Assembly: GCF_009914755.1 (NCBI RefSeq)
Contig: NC_060928.1
Source of the DNA: the human T2T-CHM13v2.0 reference genome, Homo sapiens
Direction: 5' to 3' (one strand)
Length of the DNA stretch: 64,000 nucleotides
Of this stretch, positions 25,900 through 38,990 are shown in pieces. The position numbers and the translations under genes are program-made. Within the stretch, counting starts at the first letter, position 1; each line of letters starts with the position of its first letter. The notes under the pieces were generated by a model. That model saw only the letters and a program-made list of their open reading frames with translations. It had not been told where the DNA came from and ran no database searches.

Positions 25900-27472
25900 C
25901 TATCCTAAGAAATTAGGCAGGAAAAAATAAACACAAGGCATCCAAATTAGAGAGAAAGAAGAAAAATTATCTGTTTGCAGATGATATGATCTTATATAGA
26001 GAAAACCCTTAAAATTCTACCAAAAATGTGTTAGAGCTATTAAACACTTTCAGTAAAGTTGCAGGATACAAAAGCAACACACAAAAAATCAGTTGCATTT
26101 ATATACACCAACAATAATCTATAAGAAAAGGAAATTAAGAAGCAATCCATTCACAATAGCATCAGAAAGAATAAAATACTTAGAAATAAATCTAACCAAA
26201 GAGATGAAAGATATACACTGAAAATTATAAAAGACTGATTAAAAAATAAGGCAGACAGAAAATAACGGAAAAACTTCATGTGTTTGTTTACAGGAATAAT
26301 TAATATTGTTAAAATGTTCATACTACCCAAAGTCATCTACAGAGTCAATGCAATCACTATCCAAATCTCAAAGGTATGTTTTATAGGAATACAAAAAAAA
26401 TTCTAAAATTTATATGGAACCACAAATGACCTCAAATAGCCTAAGCAATTTTGAGCAGGAAGAAAAAAGCTGGAAACATCATACTGCCTGATTTTAAAAT
26501 ATATTATGAGTCTACAATCATTAAAAACAATATGGTATTGGCATATAAAAGGCATATGAACACATGCTCCAGAATAGAAAGCCCATAAATAAATCCATAC
26601 ATATACGGTCAACCGATTTTAAACAAGACTGCCAAGAATACACAATAGAGAAAACATAGTCCCTTCAACAAACGATGTTGGAGAAGCTGGATACCCACAT
26701 CGAAAAGAATGAAATTGAACCCTCTTTTTACAGTACACCATGCACAAAAATCAACTGAAAATTGGTTACAGTTAAATATAAGATACGAAGCTGTAAATCT
26801 CAGAAGGCAAAGTGGGGAAAGTTTTTAGAATTTTTTTTTTTTTTTGCCAATGACCCCTTGAATATGACATCAAAAGCACATGCAACAAAAGGAAAAATAG
26901 AGAATCAGGACTACATAAAACCAGAAACCTTCTGCGTCACAAAATAAACAATCAACAGAGTGAAAAGACAACCTATGGAACGGGAGAAATATTTGTACGT
27001 CATTGTATTAGTTCTCTTCCACATTAATATAAAGAAATTCCTGAGACTGGGTAATTTGTAAAGAAAAGAGGCTTAATTGGCTCACAGTTGTGCAGGTTGT
27101 ACAGGAAGCATGATACTGGCATCTGCTCAGCTTCTGAGGAGGCCTTAGGAACCTTATAATCATGGTGGAAGGCAGAGGGGAAGCAGGCACCCCGCCTGGC
27201 AAAAAGAGGAGCAAGAGAGTGAAGGGGGAGGCGCTACACACTTTAAAATGACTACATCTCAGGAGAAGTCACTCAGTTTCACGAGGACAGTATCAAGAGG
27301 GGTGGTGCCAAATTATTCATGAGAAAGCACCTCATGATCCAATCACCTCCCACCAGGCTCCGCGTCCAACGCTGGAGATTACATTTCAAAATAAGATTTG
27401 GGTGGGGACACAGATCCAAATTATAGTAGTCATATATATTATGAGGAGTTGTTTCCAAAATAAATAAGGGAG
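25900..27472 (+). mobile_element. L1MA ORF2 RT-domain segment (inverted part of the same element), split by MSTA
   Basis: ctgtttgcagatgatatgatcttatat encodes LFADDMILY (RT motif); ttcagtaaagttgcaggatacaaaa; aatcaacagagtgaaaagacaacctatggaacgggagaaa. Confidence 0.85.
27004..27428 (-). mobile_element. MSTA MaLR solo LTR with 5-bp TSD
   Basis: tgtattagt...cctgagactgggtaatttgtaaagaaaagagg...gatttgggtggggacacagatccaaa; TSD gtcat at 26999-27003 and 27429-27433. Confidence 0.9.
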
Positions 27473-27523
27473 CTAGTTCTACTGATTAGATAAACGACAC
27501 TCTTAGACCTGCCTCCTCTTTTT

Positions 27524-28223
27524 CTTTAATAGACTATTTTTTAGAGCAGTTTTGGGTTCACAGTAACATTGAGCAGAAGACACAGATTTCTCCTATTTCT
27601 GGCTGCCACATATGCATAACATCCTCCAATATCCCTCACCAGTATGCAACATGTAATATAGTGGATCAACCTATTTTTACAAATTATTTAAAAATAATAT
27701 TTTTAAAGCCCAAAGTTTACATTAAGCTTCACTCTTGGTATTGTACATTCTGTGGATTTTTACAAATGTATAATTTGGACACATCTACCATTACCATGTA
27801 ATACAGAATAGTTTCGCTGCTTTAAAAATCCTCTGTGCTATGCCAGTTCATCCCTCCTTCCCTCCTAACCTCTGTCAACTACTGATTAATCCCTTCTTCT
27901 CTCCTAACCTCTGCATAGTTTTGCCTTTCCCAGAATATCGTATCATTGGAATCATACAGTATGCAGTCTTTCAGTTTGGTCTTTTTCACTTAGTAAAGAT
28001 ATTTAAGTTTCCTCTATTTCTTTTTACAGCATAATAGCTCATTTCTTTTTAGTCCTGAATAATATTTCACTGTCTGTATGTACCACAGTTTATTTATCCA
28101 TTTAGTAACTGCAGGACATCTTTGTTGCTTCCACATTTTGGCAATTATGAATAAGGCTGATATATACCTTCATTTTCAGGTTTTAATGTATTCAACTCAT
28201 TTGGATAAATACCAAGGAGCACA
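27524..28223 (-). mobile_element. L1MC1-like 3' end, 5' truncated, with residual TSD
   Basis: ttttagagcagttttgggttcacag...ttcactcttggtattgtacattct...aaaaatcctctgtgct; flanks gcctcctcttttt (27511-27523) / gcctcttcttttt (28224-28236). Confidence 0.8.
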
Positions 28224-28596
28224 GCCTCTTCTTTTTTATTATTGAGCAATCTCAAATGCATCTCTGTTTTTAGTGGTGATTGTAGCTGGGCAGGTGTTTT
28301 TGTTTTTGTTTTTGTTTTCTTTTAACCAGCTGACAATGAGAAAGTGAGGTTTCAAAGAATTTCCAGTTAGCACTTTTCTTCTACTTCAAGAGCAGCATCT
28401 CCCAAAGGAGGGTCATGAGGGGATTAAAGAAGTCAGATATGCTGCCTCAAGTCTGGCACACTTATTCCTATACATAGGATCATAAAAGCAAAACTTTTTG
28501 GCCAGGATTCTGTATAACCTCATGAAGATATTCCTTCAGCAGAGTCTGACTTCTAATCACCTCTTAAATTCTTCATTTTCCTTGATTTCTTCTTCT

Positions 28597-28632
28597 CCTT
28601 GGTCCCTGAGCTGACCTTGGTCCCTGAGCTGA
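28597..28632. repeat. Perfect 18-bp tandem duplication
   Basis: ccttggtccctgagctga x2. Confidence 0.9.
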
Positions 28633-29135
28633 GGCTCTGGATTTTTGTTGTTGTTGTTTGATTAGTTGATTTGGTTTGGTTTGGTTCTAAAATCTCCATC
28701 CTCTAGTATAAATCAGATATTGACTCACTTAAGAGTTCTGTTGCTGAGGAATGTATATAGTAGGAGATTTGGTTCAGGATTATGGAAGATTAAAAGAGGC
28801 CAAGAGCTGGTCTCAGTCATGGGTTACATCTTATTCTTTCTTTCTTGTTAATACAGATAACAACAGCAACATGAACAGATAACTTGAAGAGGAGTGTTAC
28901 TATTTTCCCAATGATTGCTAATGCTTTACCATAGTATTGAGAGTAGAGCGGTCTCCTTTCCAAGCATGAATTGCGTTATGAAGGTAGTTTCAAACCTCTT
29001 CTTTATTCTTGGAATGATTTTTTCCTTTTCTTCACTGCAGCATGTGACAGGAAAGTCTATCCCATCACAATTTATACAAAAATGCTTAGAATGAGCTGCT
29101 ATTTTATATTTGACATCACAATTGGTATTGAAATT

Positions 29136-29522
29136 TGTGATGGTTAATACTGAGTGTCAACTTGATTGGATTGAAGGATGCAAAGTATTGATCCTGGTGT
29201 GTCTGTGAGGGTGTTGCCAAAGGAGATTAACATTTGAGCCATAGGCTGGGAAAGGCAGACCCACCCTAAGTCTGGGTGGGCACCATCTAATCAGCTGCCA
29301 GCATGGCTAGAATATAAAGCAGGAAGAAAATCGTGGAAAGACTAGACTGGCCTAGCCCCCCAGCGTACATCTTTCTCCCTTGCTGGATGCTTCCTGCCCT
29401 CAAGCAAGAGACTCCCAGTTCTTCAGTTTTGGGACTGAGACTGGCTGTCCTTGCTCCTCAGCTTGCCGACAGCCTATTGAGGGACATTGTAATTGTGTGA
29501 GTTAATACTTAACAAGCTCCCC

Positions 29523-29588
<66 letters not shown>

Positions 29589-29848
29589 TTTCCTGAAAGT
29601 ATACACACACATATACACATATGTGTGTGTATATATACATATATACATACATATACATTATATATTAATACATATATGATATATATTATATATAAATACA
29701 TATATATTATATATTACATGTACACATATATATGCACATATATATAAATATATATACACACACATACATATATATGTACGCCCCTTTAGCTCCAGTGTGT
29801 ATACATATATACACACATATATATGTGTGTGTGTGTATTATATATATA

Positions 29849-29903
<55 letters not shown>

Positions 29904-29938
29904 TAGTTCCATCCCTCTAAAGAACCCTGACTGATACC
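29136..29938 (+). mobile_element. MLT2A (HERV-L LTR) solo LTR with ~370-bp expanded internal microsatellite
   Basis: tgtgatggttaatactgagtgtcaacttgattggattgaaggatgcaaagtattgatcctgg...; 3' end ttagttcc..ccctctaaagaaccctgactgatac. Confidence 0.9.
29527..29900. repeat. Compound (AT)/(AC)/(GT) microsatellite with inverted symmetry
   Basis: Begins (AT)n(AC)n and ends (GT)n(AT)n. Confidence 0.9.
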
Positions 29939-30581
29939 AATTTAATTTAGTCTAAAAGTGTTGCTCTCATATAACATAAGGCAATTCAGCCACCTCAGGT
30001 ATTAAAACAGTCAGTTCTTATTCATGAAAAACAGCATCCTGAAAAGAAATTATGCAGAAAGAGGGATGACAAGTTCCATGTTCCCATCCTTTCCTCTATT
30101 GGGACCCTCACCAAATATGTTCCCTTTGACAATGAGCGGCTTCAGTGCTGTGCTCTTTTGTATTTATCTGCCTTTGCTGGAGCTGCTTTCTCTACCAGGA
30201 AAACCATCTCCAGCCCTCCCATTCTCTGCCTAACTGTTAATACCTTGTCATTGTTTATGGATCAGCATTTGAACAATGTCCTGTGAGTAGAGCTTCCTGG
30301 TGATCTCCATACTCCCCGTACCTTCCTGGAATTCACTTCTGTTCCCCAGGCCACAACTCCAGGGATAAACAGTCACATAAAATCCTCCAACTGGAGTCTC
30401 TGGGAGATGGCCTGCTCTCTACTTTGTATCTCTTAAGAGCCTTTGTATCTCTCTTCATGCCTATTTCACTGTGAAGATCTGAAGGCCATGGTCTATAACA
30501 AGAAATGAAGTGTTCAGCAGTTTGTGGTAAAACAAACAAAAAAAAGTGAAAAACTGTGATTTTAAAAATAAAGTCCTACAT

Positions 30582-31650
30582 AGGAAACGGAAAAGATGTA
30601 ATGACAAACATGCCAAAAATGATTGCAACAAAAGCAAAAATTAACAAATGGGATCTAATTAATCTTAAGAGCTTCTGCACAGCAAAATAAACTATCAACA
30701 GCATAAACAGACAACCTACAAAATGAGAGAAAATTTTTACAAACTATGCATCTAGCAAAGGTCTAATATCCACATCTGTAAGGAACTTAAACAGATTTAC
30801 AAGAAAAAAAACAAACAACCCCATTAAAAAGTGGGCAAAGGACATGAACAGAGAGTTTTCAAATGAAGACATACATGCGGCCAACAAGCATATGAAAAAA
30901 AGCTCAGTATCACTGATCATTGGAGAAACGCAAATCAAAACCACAATAAAATATTATCTCACACCAGTCAGAATAGCTATTACTAAGAAGTCAAAAAATA
31001 ACATGCTGGCGAAGTTGCGGAGAGAAGGGAATGCTTATACACTGTTAGTAAGAGTGTAAGTAAGTTCAATCATTGTGGAAAGCAGTGTGCCAATTCCTCA
31101 AAAACCTCAAAACAGAAGTACAATTTGACCCAGCAATCCCATTACTTGATATATACCCAAAGGAATATAAATCATTCTACCATAAAGACACATGCACATG
31201 AGCATTCATTGCAGCTCAAGTCACAATAGCAAAGACATGGAATCAACCTAAATGTCCATCAATGACATATTGGATAAACAGAATATGGTACATATACACC
31301 GTGGATATTATTCAGCCATAAAGAAGAATAAGACCACGTCTTTTTGGGAACACAGATGGAGCTAATGGTCATTATCTTTAGTAAACTAATGCAGGTACAG
31401 AAAACCAAATACTGTGTGTTCTCACTTATAAGTGGGAGCTAAATGATGAGAATACATGGACACAAACATGGGAATGATAGGCACTGGGGCCTACTTGTGG
31501 GTGGGGGTTAAGAGGAGGGAGAGGATCAGAAAAAAATACCTACTGAATACTAGGCTTAGTACCTGGATGATGAAATAATATGCACAACAAATCCCCGTGA
31601 CATTCGTTTACCTATATAACAAAGCTGCACATGTACCCCTGCTAAAATCA
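30582..31650 (+). mobile_element. L1PA (L1PA15/16-like), 5'-truncated, ORF2 3' end plus 3' UTR
   Basis: gcaacaaaagcaaaaatt..caaatgggatctaatt..agagcttctgcacagc; ORF remnants [19 protein letters not shown]; 3' UTR gggagaggatcagaaaaaa...ctgcacatgtacccc. Confidence 0.9.
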
Positions 31651-31806
31651 AGAACAAAAGGTAACATTAATGACAAAATAAATACTCAAAATATGAAGTT
31701 AAGATTTAAAAAGAGCAGGCTACAAAGCTATAGCTATGGGGTGATACAAATTATGTACCTGTGTAGGTATATAGATGTAAGTATAGGTACTAACGTATGT
31801 ACTAAT

Positions 31807-31831
31807 ACACACACACACACACACACACACA
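31807..31831. repeat. (AC)12 microsatellite
   Basis: AC run. Confidence 0.9.
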
Positions 31832-34294
31832 TTCATTCACATTTTCCCACACTGTGACTAAAAGCACATATTTGAGAACACCCTTTGTCAATAATCATAA
31901 TACATCTATTTTTCATCTTTGTCAACTAGATAGGCAAAATATGTTATTTTAATGTAGATTTCAGCTATTAATAAATATTATTTGGCAAAAAGAAAATAAG
32001 ATAAATATATCAATTTAAGAATCTGACTTAATCTGAAAGTATGTTTTATATATTCAGTGTTAATTTTTCCCCTAGGTTATAAAAATGCATTTGTAATTAG
32101 TTATCTTAATGTCTGGCAAAATCAAAAGCTGGCAACCAAATTTGAGTTTTCAAGTAAAATCAATATACTGCTCTATAAAATCCACAAATCTGCTATAGCA
32201 TCTGTCCACGTTTATTACAAATGCTTCTTTATATCCATGGGTACTTCTGCAGATGCTGGATTTGGGAACAGTAGAGATGGTGCCTTATTCATCTGGAAAC
32301 CAGGACCTGATACAGCAGATGCTTAATGAATATTCTCTGCAGAATGGTTGGAATTTGGAAAGATAACAAAAAGGTAAGTAAAGTGGTAGAAATGTTTACT
32401 TTAGTCTTCTCTTCTTCTGGGCACAATTTACAGAAATATAAAAAGGTCCTCTCTTCAAACAATGTGGTACTTGAACAACTCAGTATTTGTAAGAAGTATT
32501 TTCAGTCTCTCCGATATGCCTGTTTCTATCTATCTATATGAGTATAGGTATATGAAAAAGAAAGAGTCTATTCTATAAACTAAAACTGATTATGATTATA
32601 CATGTGATCATGAAAGAGTATCCTGTGTGCCTAGAAATATACAAATAATGTAATAATAATGCTAGCATTCATTCATATGATATTTATGAAATTCCCTAAG
32701 AGTTTCACAGCCTCATTTGATTTTCAGAAAACTCAGGGAATTGCGAAATTTGCTTCCAGGTGGAAGAATCAGAGAGCTTCATTTACTAAATCAGGGAGTG
32801 AAAACTTAGAGCAATACTTCCTATCCTCGAACCTGGTGAAATGATGTTTTTGTTTGTTGTTTTGGTTTGCTTTGGCTTTTTATCCCCGGTAGCAGTTGTG
32901 TACCAAGCAGAGATGGAATGAGAGAGAAGCAGTCTTCCTGCCTCCTATCCTATTCTCAACTACTCACGGCTTCATTCCACTGTATGGAGAGGAAGATTTT
33001 ATCACTGATATTATTTACATTTGTCAATGTAGGTGATAATAAAAAGAAAATGGACATTAGTGAGTTTTGTTACATTGTTGTTGCTTTGAAATTCTCTATG
33101 TATAAAGCATCATCCCTCTTTTTCCTGTGCTCTGGGGGGCTCTCCCTGCCTCATCATTGGTGCACCCATTTGTATTAGGCAAAGCCAACAGTTAAGGCAA
33201 GCAACTCCCAAATTGCAAATGATTTCTTGCACAATAACTGTTTTTGGCAACATTACAGTGTCATATAGGTCGTCAAGACCTCTGTTTCATGTAGTATTTC
33301 AGGAACCCAAGTTTATTCTGTGGCTCTGCACCGTTAGCTCCTATTCTCTCTATTCAGCTTATGGATAATGAAAGACAAGTCATGAAGGATTGTTCAGAAG
33401 ACCTTGAGGGTCAGGATTGTGACTGGCTTCTATCATTTCTGTGCAGGAAAATGGGCATACATCACTGCAAAGGAGGCTTGGAAATAACGAAATTATCTGT
33501 ATACTGGGGGTGTGGGGAGCATTTTGGTGAGCACATTGCAATGTTGTATTCCATCCTATTTCCATACTTTGTTCACTCTTGGATGAGGCTGATGAATAGA
33601 CAGTTAACTGGTCATGGTGGATGCCTGTTAATCATACATTTGGTGTAAAAATTTGGAAGTCATTATTGAAATAGAAGCACTACATTTTTGGCAATCAAAC
33701 TTTTCCAGTGCTAACTCACTTGAATTCTCATAATCATAAACATTTATTTTTTGAGCATTTTAAGTGTGCAAATAATTTTTACACGAATTTTCTTATTCTA
33801 GCTCAGCCATTACTTTGTGGATTGTCAAGATCTATTTCTCTCCTCCATTTTATACATAAGCATAACACTCAGGAGGTTAATGGTGTATACTCCTCATCTA
33901 GTAAGTAAAAAGTGCCCTGTAAACAGTGTTGTCTAAGAAAAAGTGTGTTAGACACTCTTAGTTGCACAACCAATAATCATTCACCAAGTTTCTTTATGGA
34001 GATTGTTCTCATTTCATTCAGGTTTGCAGCAGATGGTAGTTATATGACACAACTCAGGGCAGGGATGCCTAAAGTAGAAGTCTCTTCTAAAAAAGGACAG
34101 GTGGAGCTGATTCTGCTTTCTTTTCTTCCTCTATTGAAGAAAAACTGCCCAGATCTGCATATCTGTTTTATTGAAGTGATCATGCATGCATATATATACA
34201 CCCGCACATACATCTCTATATGTGTCTGTGTGTATGAATATATATGTGTGTGTGTGTGTAAACACTGCAATATGTGGTGTATGTATACACAAAC

Positions 34295-34718
34295 ACACTG
34301 CTATAACAAATTGTGACAAATTCAGAGGCTTAAAATAAAACACCTTTACTATCTTAAAGTTCCGGAGGTCAGAAGTCTAAAATTGGGTGTCTTTAGTGCT
34401 GTGTCCTTTCTGAAAGTTTCAGGAAATAATCCGTTTCCTTGCCTTTTTCAGCTTCCAGAGGGTGCTGCATTCCTTGGCCCAATGCTCCTTTCTTTCATTA
34501 CTCCAAACTGTTTCCATCATATCTCCTCCTACTAACCACATTCTTCTTATAAGTTCCCTTTGATTATATTGGGACAATCCATAGAATCCAGTGTGATTCC
34601 CCGATCTCAGTATATCTAACTTAATCATATCTGCAAAGTCACTGTAAGGTAACATATTCACAGGTTTTGGGGGTCAGGATATGGACATATTTGAGGGGCC
34701 ATTATTTAATCTACTACA
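34295..34718 (-). mobile_element. MLT1C/D MaLR LTR
   Basis: ctgctataacaaatt..ggcttaaaa..ggaggtcagaagtc...cttgcctttttcagcttccagag...gtaaggtaacatattcacaggtt...ggggccattatt..ctactaca. Confidence 0.8.
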
Positions 34719-36165
34719 GCTACTCCCTCCTCCAAAAAAAAAAAAAAAAAAAAAAACAACAAAGGCACATTTTAAGGTCAATTAGATTAAGCATTGGAGT
34801 TAACCCAGAGAGGGCTTATTGGAATATGAGGCCAATGACCCATACTCTATGGGCCGGGGCTGATACCGATAGACACTGGAAGACTGACCACCTGTACTGC
34901 TCTCAAAGAAGCCAGAGCTGTGGACCACCTGTTTACTGTCCTCTGGTATCTTGCCCCTCCTGCTCTCAAAATGATGGATTTTAATTTGTTATTTTCTCCC
35001 TTAAGAGGAGCTTGATGCACTCCACACACATTTGGCTTATTAATCTTCATAACATCTCTGAATACCCCTGTGAAGTTATCAAAGGGCAAAGGAAAGGGTA
35101 GTAATAATTATCCTCATTTAATAGATGGGGAGATTGTGACAGAGAAGTGGTTCAATTCCAGTCTCTAATGAGTTGTAGGGAAAGGCAGGAAAAGGAGCGA
35201 GATTGCTGCCAAACCCATCCCTTCAACCACTATTTTGCTTTTACAACTTCCTTACTAAAAGTTTCTGAAAAACATGGTATGGGCTTTCTGAAGAGTGGGC
35301 TAGCAGCAACAGAGGTGTAGGTTACATTTATATATGCATGTCTGCTTGTATCACTGCCTATGATGGACAGCTTGCAAACTATCATCCTTAGGTGAGGCCA
35401 AAATAAGCCAATCTCAAAGAAAGCTAAAACTGAAATGTAAGGAGAGTTGTTAGGACTTAATTCTTCACATGGAAATTATTTGCTAATAACATATTTTTTC
35501 AAAGGGTAGGATGTACCTCTTTGCAATCTGAAATTTAATATGGGCTGAGTCCAAGGAAGTCTACTGTATTCAACCAGATCTTTTTTACTTTCTAGAAAAT
35601 ATACCTTGAGCTATTTTGGCCCCTAAATTAGTCATAAAACCACTTACTAAAGCAAATTAATGGAGATTATTTTCCCTGTGTTGGGAAAAGCAAGAGGACT
35701 CAGGTTAAAGATGTTTGCCCACCCATATTTCTAAAACAGACAATGAATGATATTGGTCAAAGACACTATATCACTCTCTTTCTTCCTTTCCAACCCTTCC
35801 ATTGTTCTTTAAGATAATACCAATTTTTAAATTTGAGTCAGACAGAGAAGTTCACTACACTGAGAGCAAAACCCTGAGAGATTATGTAATGTGATGCAGT
35901 AGAGAGCTGGAGTCAAGTAGGCATCTGTCTTTGTTGAATTCTGTCTTGATTTCCCTTGGTGACTACAGGTGAACCTTTTGAAATTTGGCCTCTGCCATCC
36001 CTCCCAGTCTCATGTCTCTAGCAAAACTATAACACGTGTGATTTTCCAAGCATAACATGCATTTTCTCATTTTATCTCTTCTCTTTGAGATTCACTTTTC
36101 CCTGTATACATTTGCTTTTTATACTTAATTATTCTCCTGACTCCTATTGATTCTTCAGGTCCCAG

Positions 36166-36651
36166 TGAGGTAAGAGATCAACAGGACTTTTTTTCTGAGC
36201 ACAAGTTACAACTCTGCTGATCAAAACAGGATGTAGTAAAGAAACCAGCTAAAACCAGCCAGGATGAGAAATTAGAGTGTGTTTGCATAAAACACTCCTA
36301 CCAGCACCATGACATTTTACAAATGCCATGGCAATGTCCCAGAACCTTATAGGGTACTGGGAACTCCCCCATTTTTTTCCAGAAAGTTCATGAATAACCT
36401 GCCCCTTATATAGCATATAATTAAGAGTGGGTATAAATACAGCTAGCCAGGAATCCTTGAGTGCTACCCTGTGCTACTCTGCCTATGGGATAGCCCTGTT
36501 ATCCCACAGACATACGGAGCAACCATTTTGCTATACGCTATTGCTTTAATAAAGTTTCTTTCTTTCACTATTGGCTCACTCTCGAGCTGTTTCCTGAGCA
36601 AAGCCAAGAACCCTCTTGGGCTGAACCCCAGTTTGGGGTTTGCCTACATCA
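36166..36651 (+). mobile_element. ERV1-class solo LTR (MER66/MER41 group)
   Basis: TG...CA termini; ctgctgatcaaaacaggatg; cactcctaccagcaccatgaca.tttacaaatgccatggcaa; TATAAATA at ~36433; AATAAA at 36548; gccaagaaccctcttgggct. Confidence 0.8.
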
Positions 36652-37027
36652 TGTGTTTACATATCATTCCTTTCTAGACGTCTCCTCTTTCTCCCTAAGG
36701 CTAGATTAGATATCCCCACAATATGCTCCATGATACCCAACAGGTGTTCCCAAAATATTTATTAAATGAATACTAAGCTCAATGTTCCAATATTTTCTAA
36801 AGTTAATGTCTGAGAAATACTTTTTAAGAGAATCATTAAATCAAAGAAAAGCTCAAAAGCAAAGGCAATCCTTACACAATTACCAGACATTCATAATCTT
36901 TTATCCTGGAATATCATTTATAGAAAATATTCTTACAGAAATAATAGGAATCTAGAAAACAAAGCATTGGCAAGAAGATATTTATGGCAGCATTTTCGTA
37001 CCATAAAACATTGGAAACAATACCGAT

Positions 37028-37380
<353 letters not shown>

Positions 37381-38317
37381 TAGATTTTATTCATCCATTT
37401 TTTTTTTACATGAAGAGTCTATAATAACAAGCAGATAAGAGTAGAACAATGTTCAACATAGGATGCAGGTTAAAAGTGACATACAACACCTAATAAAAAT
37501 TGAAATTTATATTAATAAAAAATAACCACAAACTTGGAATAAAAAGAAATGGGGAGGAAAAAATAGAGACATCAAAGTGTTTTGGGCATCAGAGCTATGA
37601 ATTATTATATTTCATTCTATATTCCTTATTATATACTCTAAAATTATGATAAGCATACCTTAAAAATTAACTTTATTAAAATCTTACTACTTTATAAAGA
37701 CAACACCTATATTCTCAAGTTCCACAAAATATGTAAAAAATAAAGTGAAAAATACACATACCCACAACAAATGAACAGTAACACCAAACTGTATTTTAAA
37801 AGGCATAAATGAATTCATATGTAATGAAAATTAATGACTTCTTTTTCTGGCAGGCCTTATCTATATCTTATGCAGTTCAACTGGCAGTAGATACAGAAGT
37901 AACATGCTTGAGGAAAATTTCTTCATCTGTTGTTTTCTTCCTGCCCAGCATTGCTTCCCTGTTTTTTGGAGATTACATCCTGATTTTTCTTTGGAGACCA
38001 CCCATGCTGTATTTGCAGTCTCTGGGTTTTAAGTGGGGTGGGCACAGGATTCAGGTGGGCCAGTCATTTCATTCCATTCTGATCAAAAGGAATTGATCCA
38101 GAGATGGCATAGGAGCCAAGCTAGGTCAAGGTCAGTAATTCTTATGGTTTTGCTGAAAAATATAGAAACGGATTCAGATTTTCCTAGGGACCACCAGTAA
38201 GGCCTGTGAGTTCCTGAATTCATTTATATCTGAAATAACTTGAGACACTACATTTTCTGGTTTTGTTTAAGCTATTTTGAGTTAAAATTTGAAAGAAAAC
38301 CTTCTCTGTTTCTACTC

Positions 38318-38990
38318 TGTAACTACTTTGAATACTTCAAGTCTGACATCAGATTGCAGGTGTTTTCCCCAAACCAATCAATTCTCAGCAGACACCCATT
38401 AGGTATCCCACAACTTAACTCAGTACTGACCCTAACTACTTGGAGTTAATGCAGACCCCACAGGTTAAGGGCTCAGTCCCACAAGACTGCCTGCCCTTTT
38501 CTGATGCCATTCACAAGTAGTGGGTCCTCAGGTTACCTACAACTCCTATCTGACGTGGCCAGAAATAGCAGGTTTCCACAAACTCTGCTCAGTTTCTGTA
38601 ATGTGGTAAAACAACACACAGAACTCAGGGAAAAATGTGGTTCTTATTATTACCAGTGTATTGCAAAGAATATATTAAATAATACAAATGAACGGCCAGA
38701 TGAAGAGGCCAGATGGAGAGATATATAGGGCGAGGTCTGGAAGGATCCCAAGCACAGGAGCTTCTGTTCTCATGGAGTTTTGCTGTGTATCACGCTTCTG
38801 GCATGTGGATGCATTCTTGTTCATGAACCCCAAAACTTCTGGAACCTCCTTTCTTTTGGGTTTTATGAATCTTTCTCACCCTCTAATCACATAGTTGTTT
38901 TTTTTTCTGGCAACCATCCCCTGTAATGTGGTTATCTAGGGGCTTTCCAAAAGTCACCTCATGAACTTAAACTCAGGTGTGGTTAAAATG
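38318..38990 (-). mobile_element. MER21-family LTR, left part
   Basis: gcagaccccacaggttaagggctcagtcccacaagactgcc; cacagaactcagggaaa; agggcgaggtctggaaggatcccaagcacaggagcttctgt. Confidence 0.8.

Noticed and set aside
32240-32379. Possible exon ending at aag|gtaagt (32374)
   Set aside because: Two weak alternative acceptors, no coding signal and no independent support
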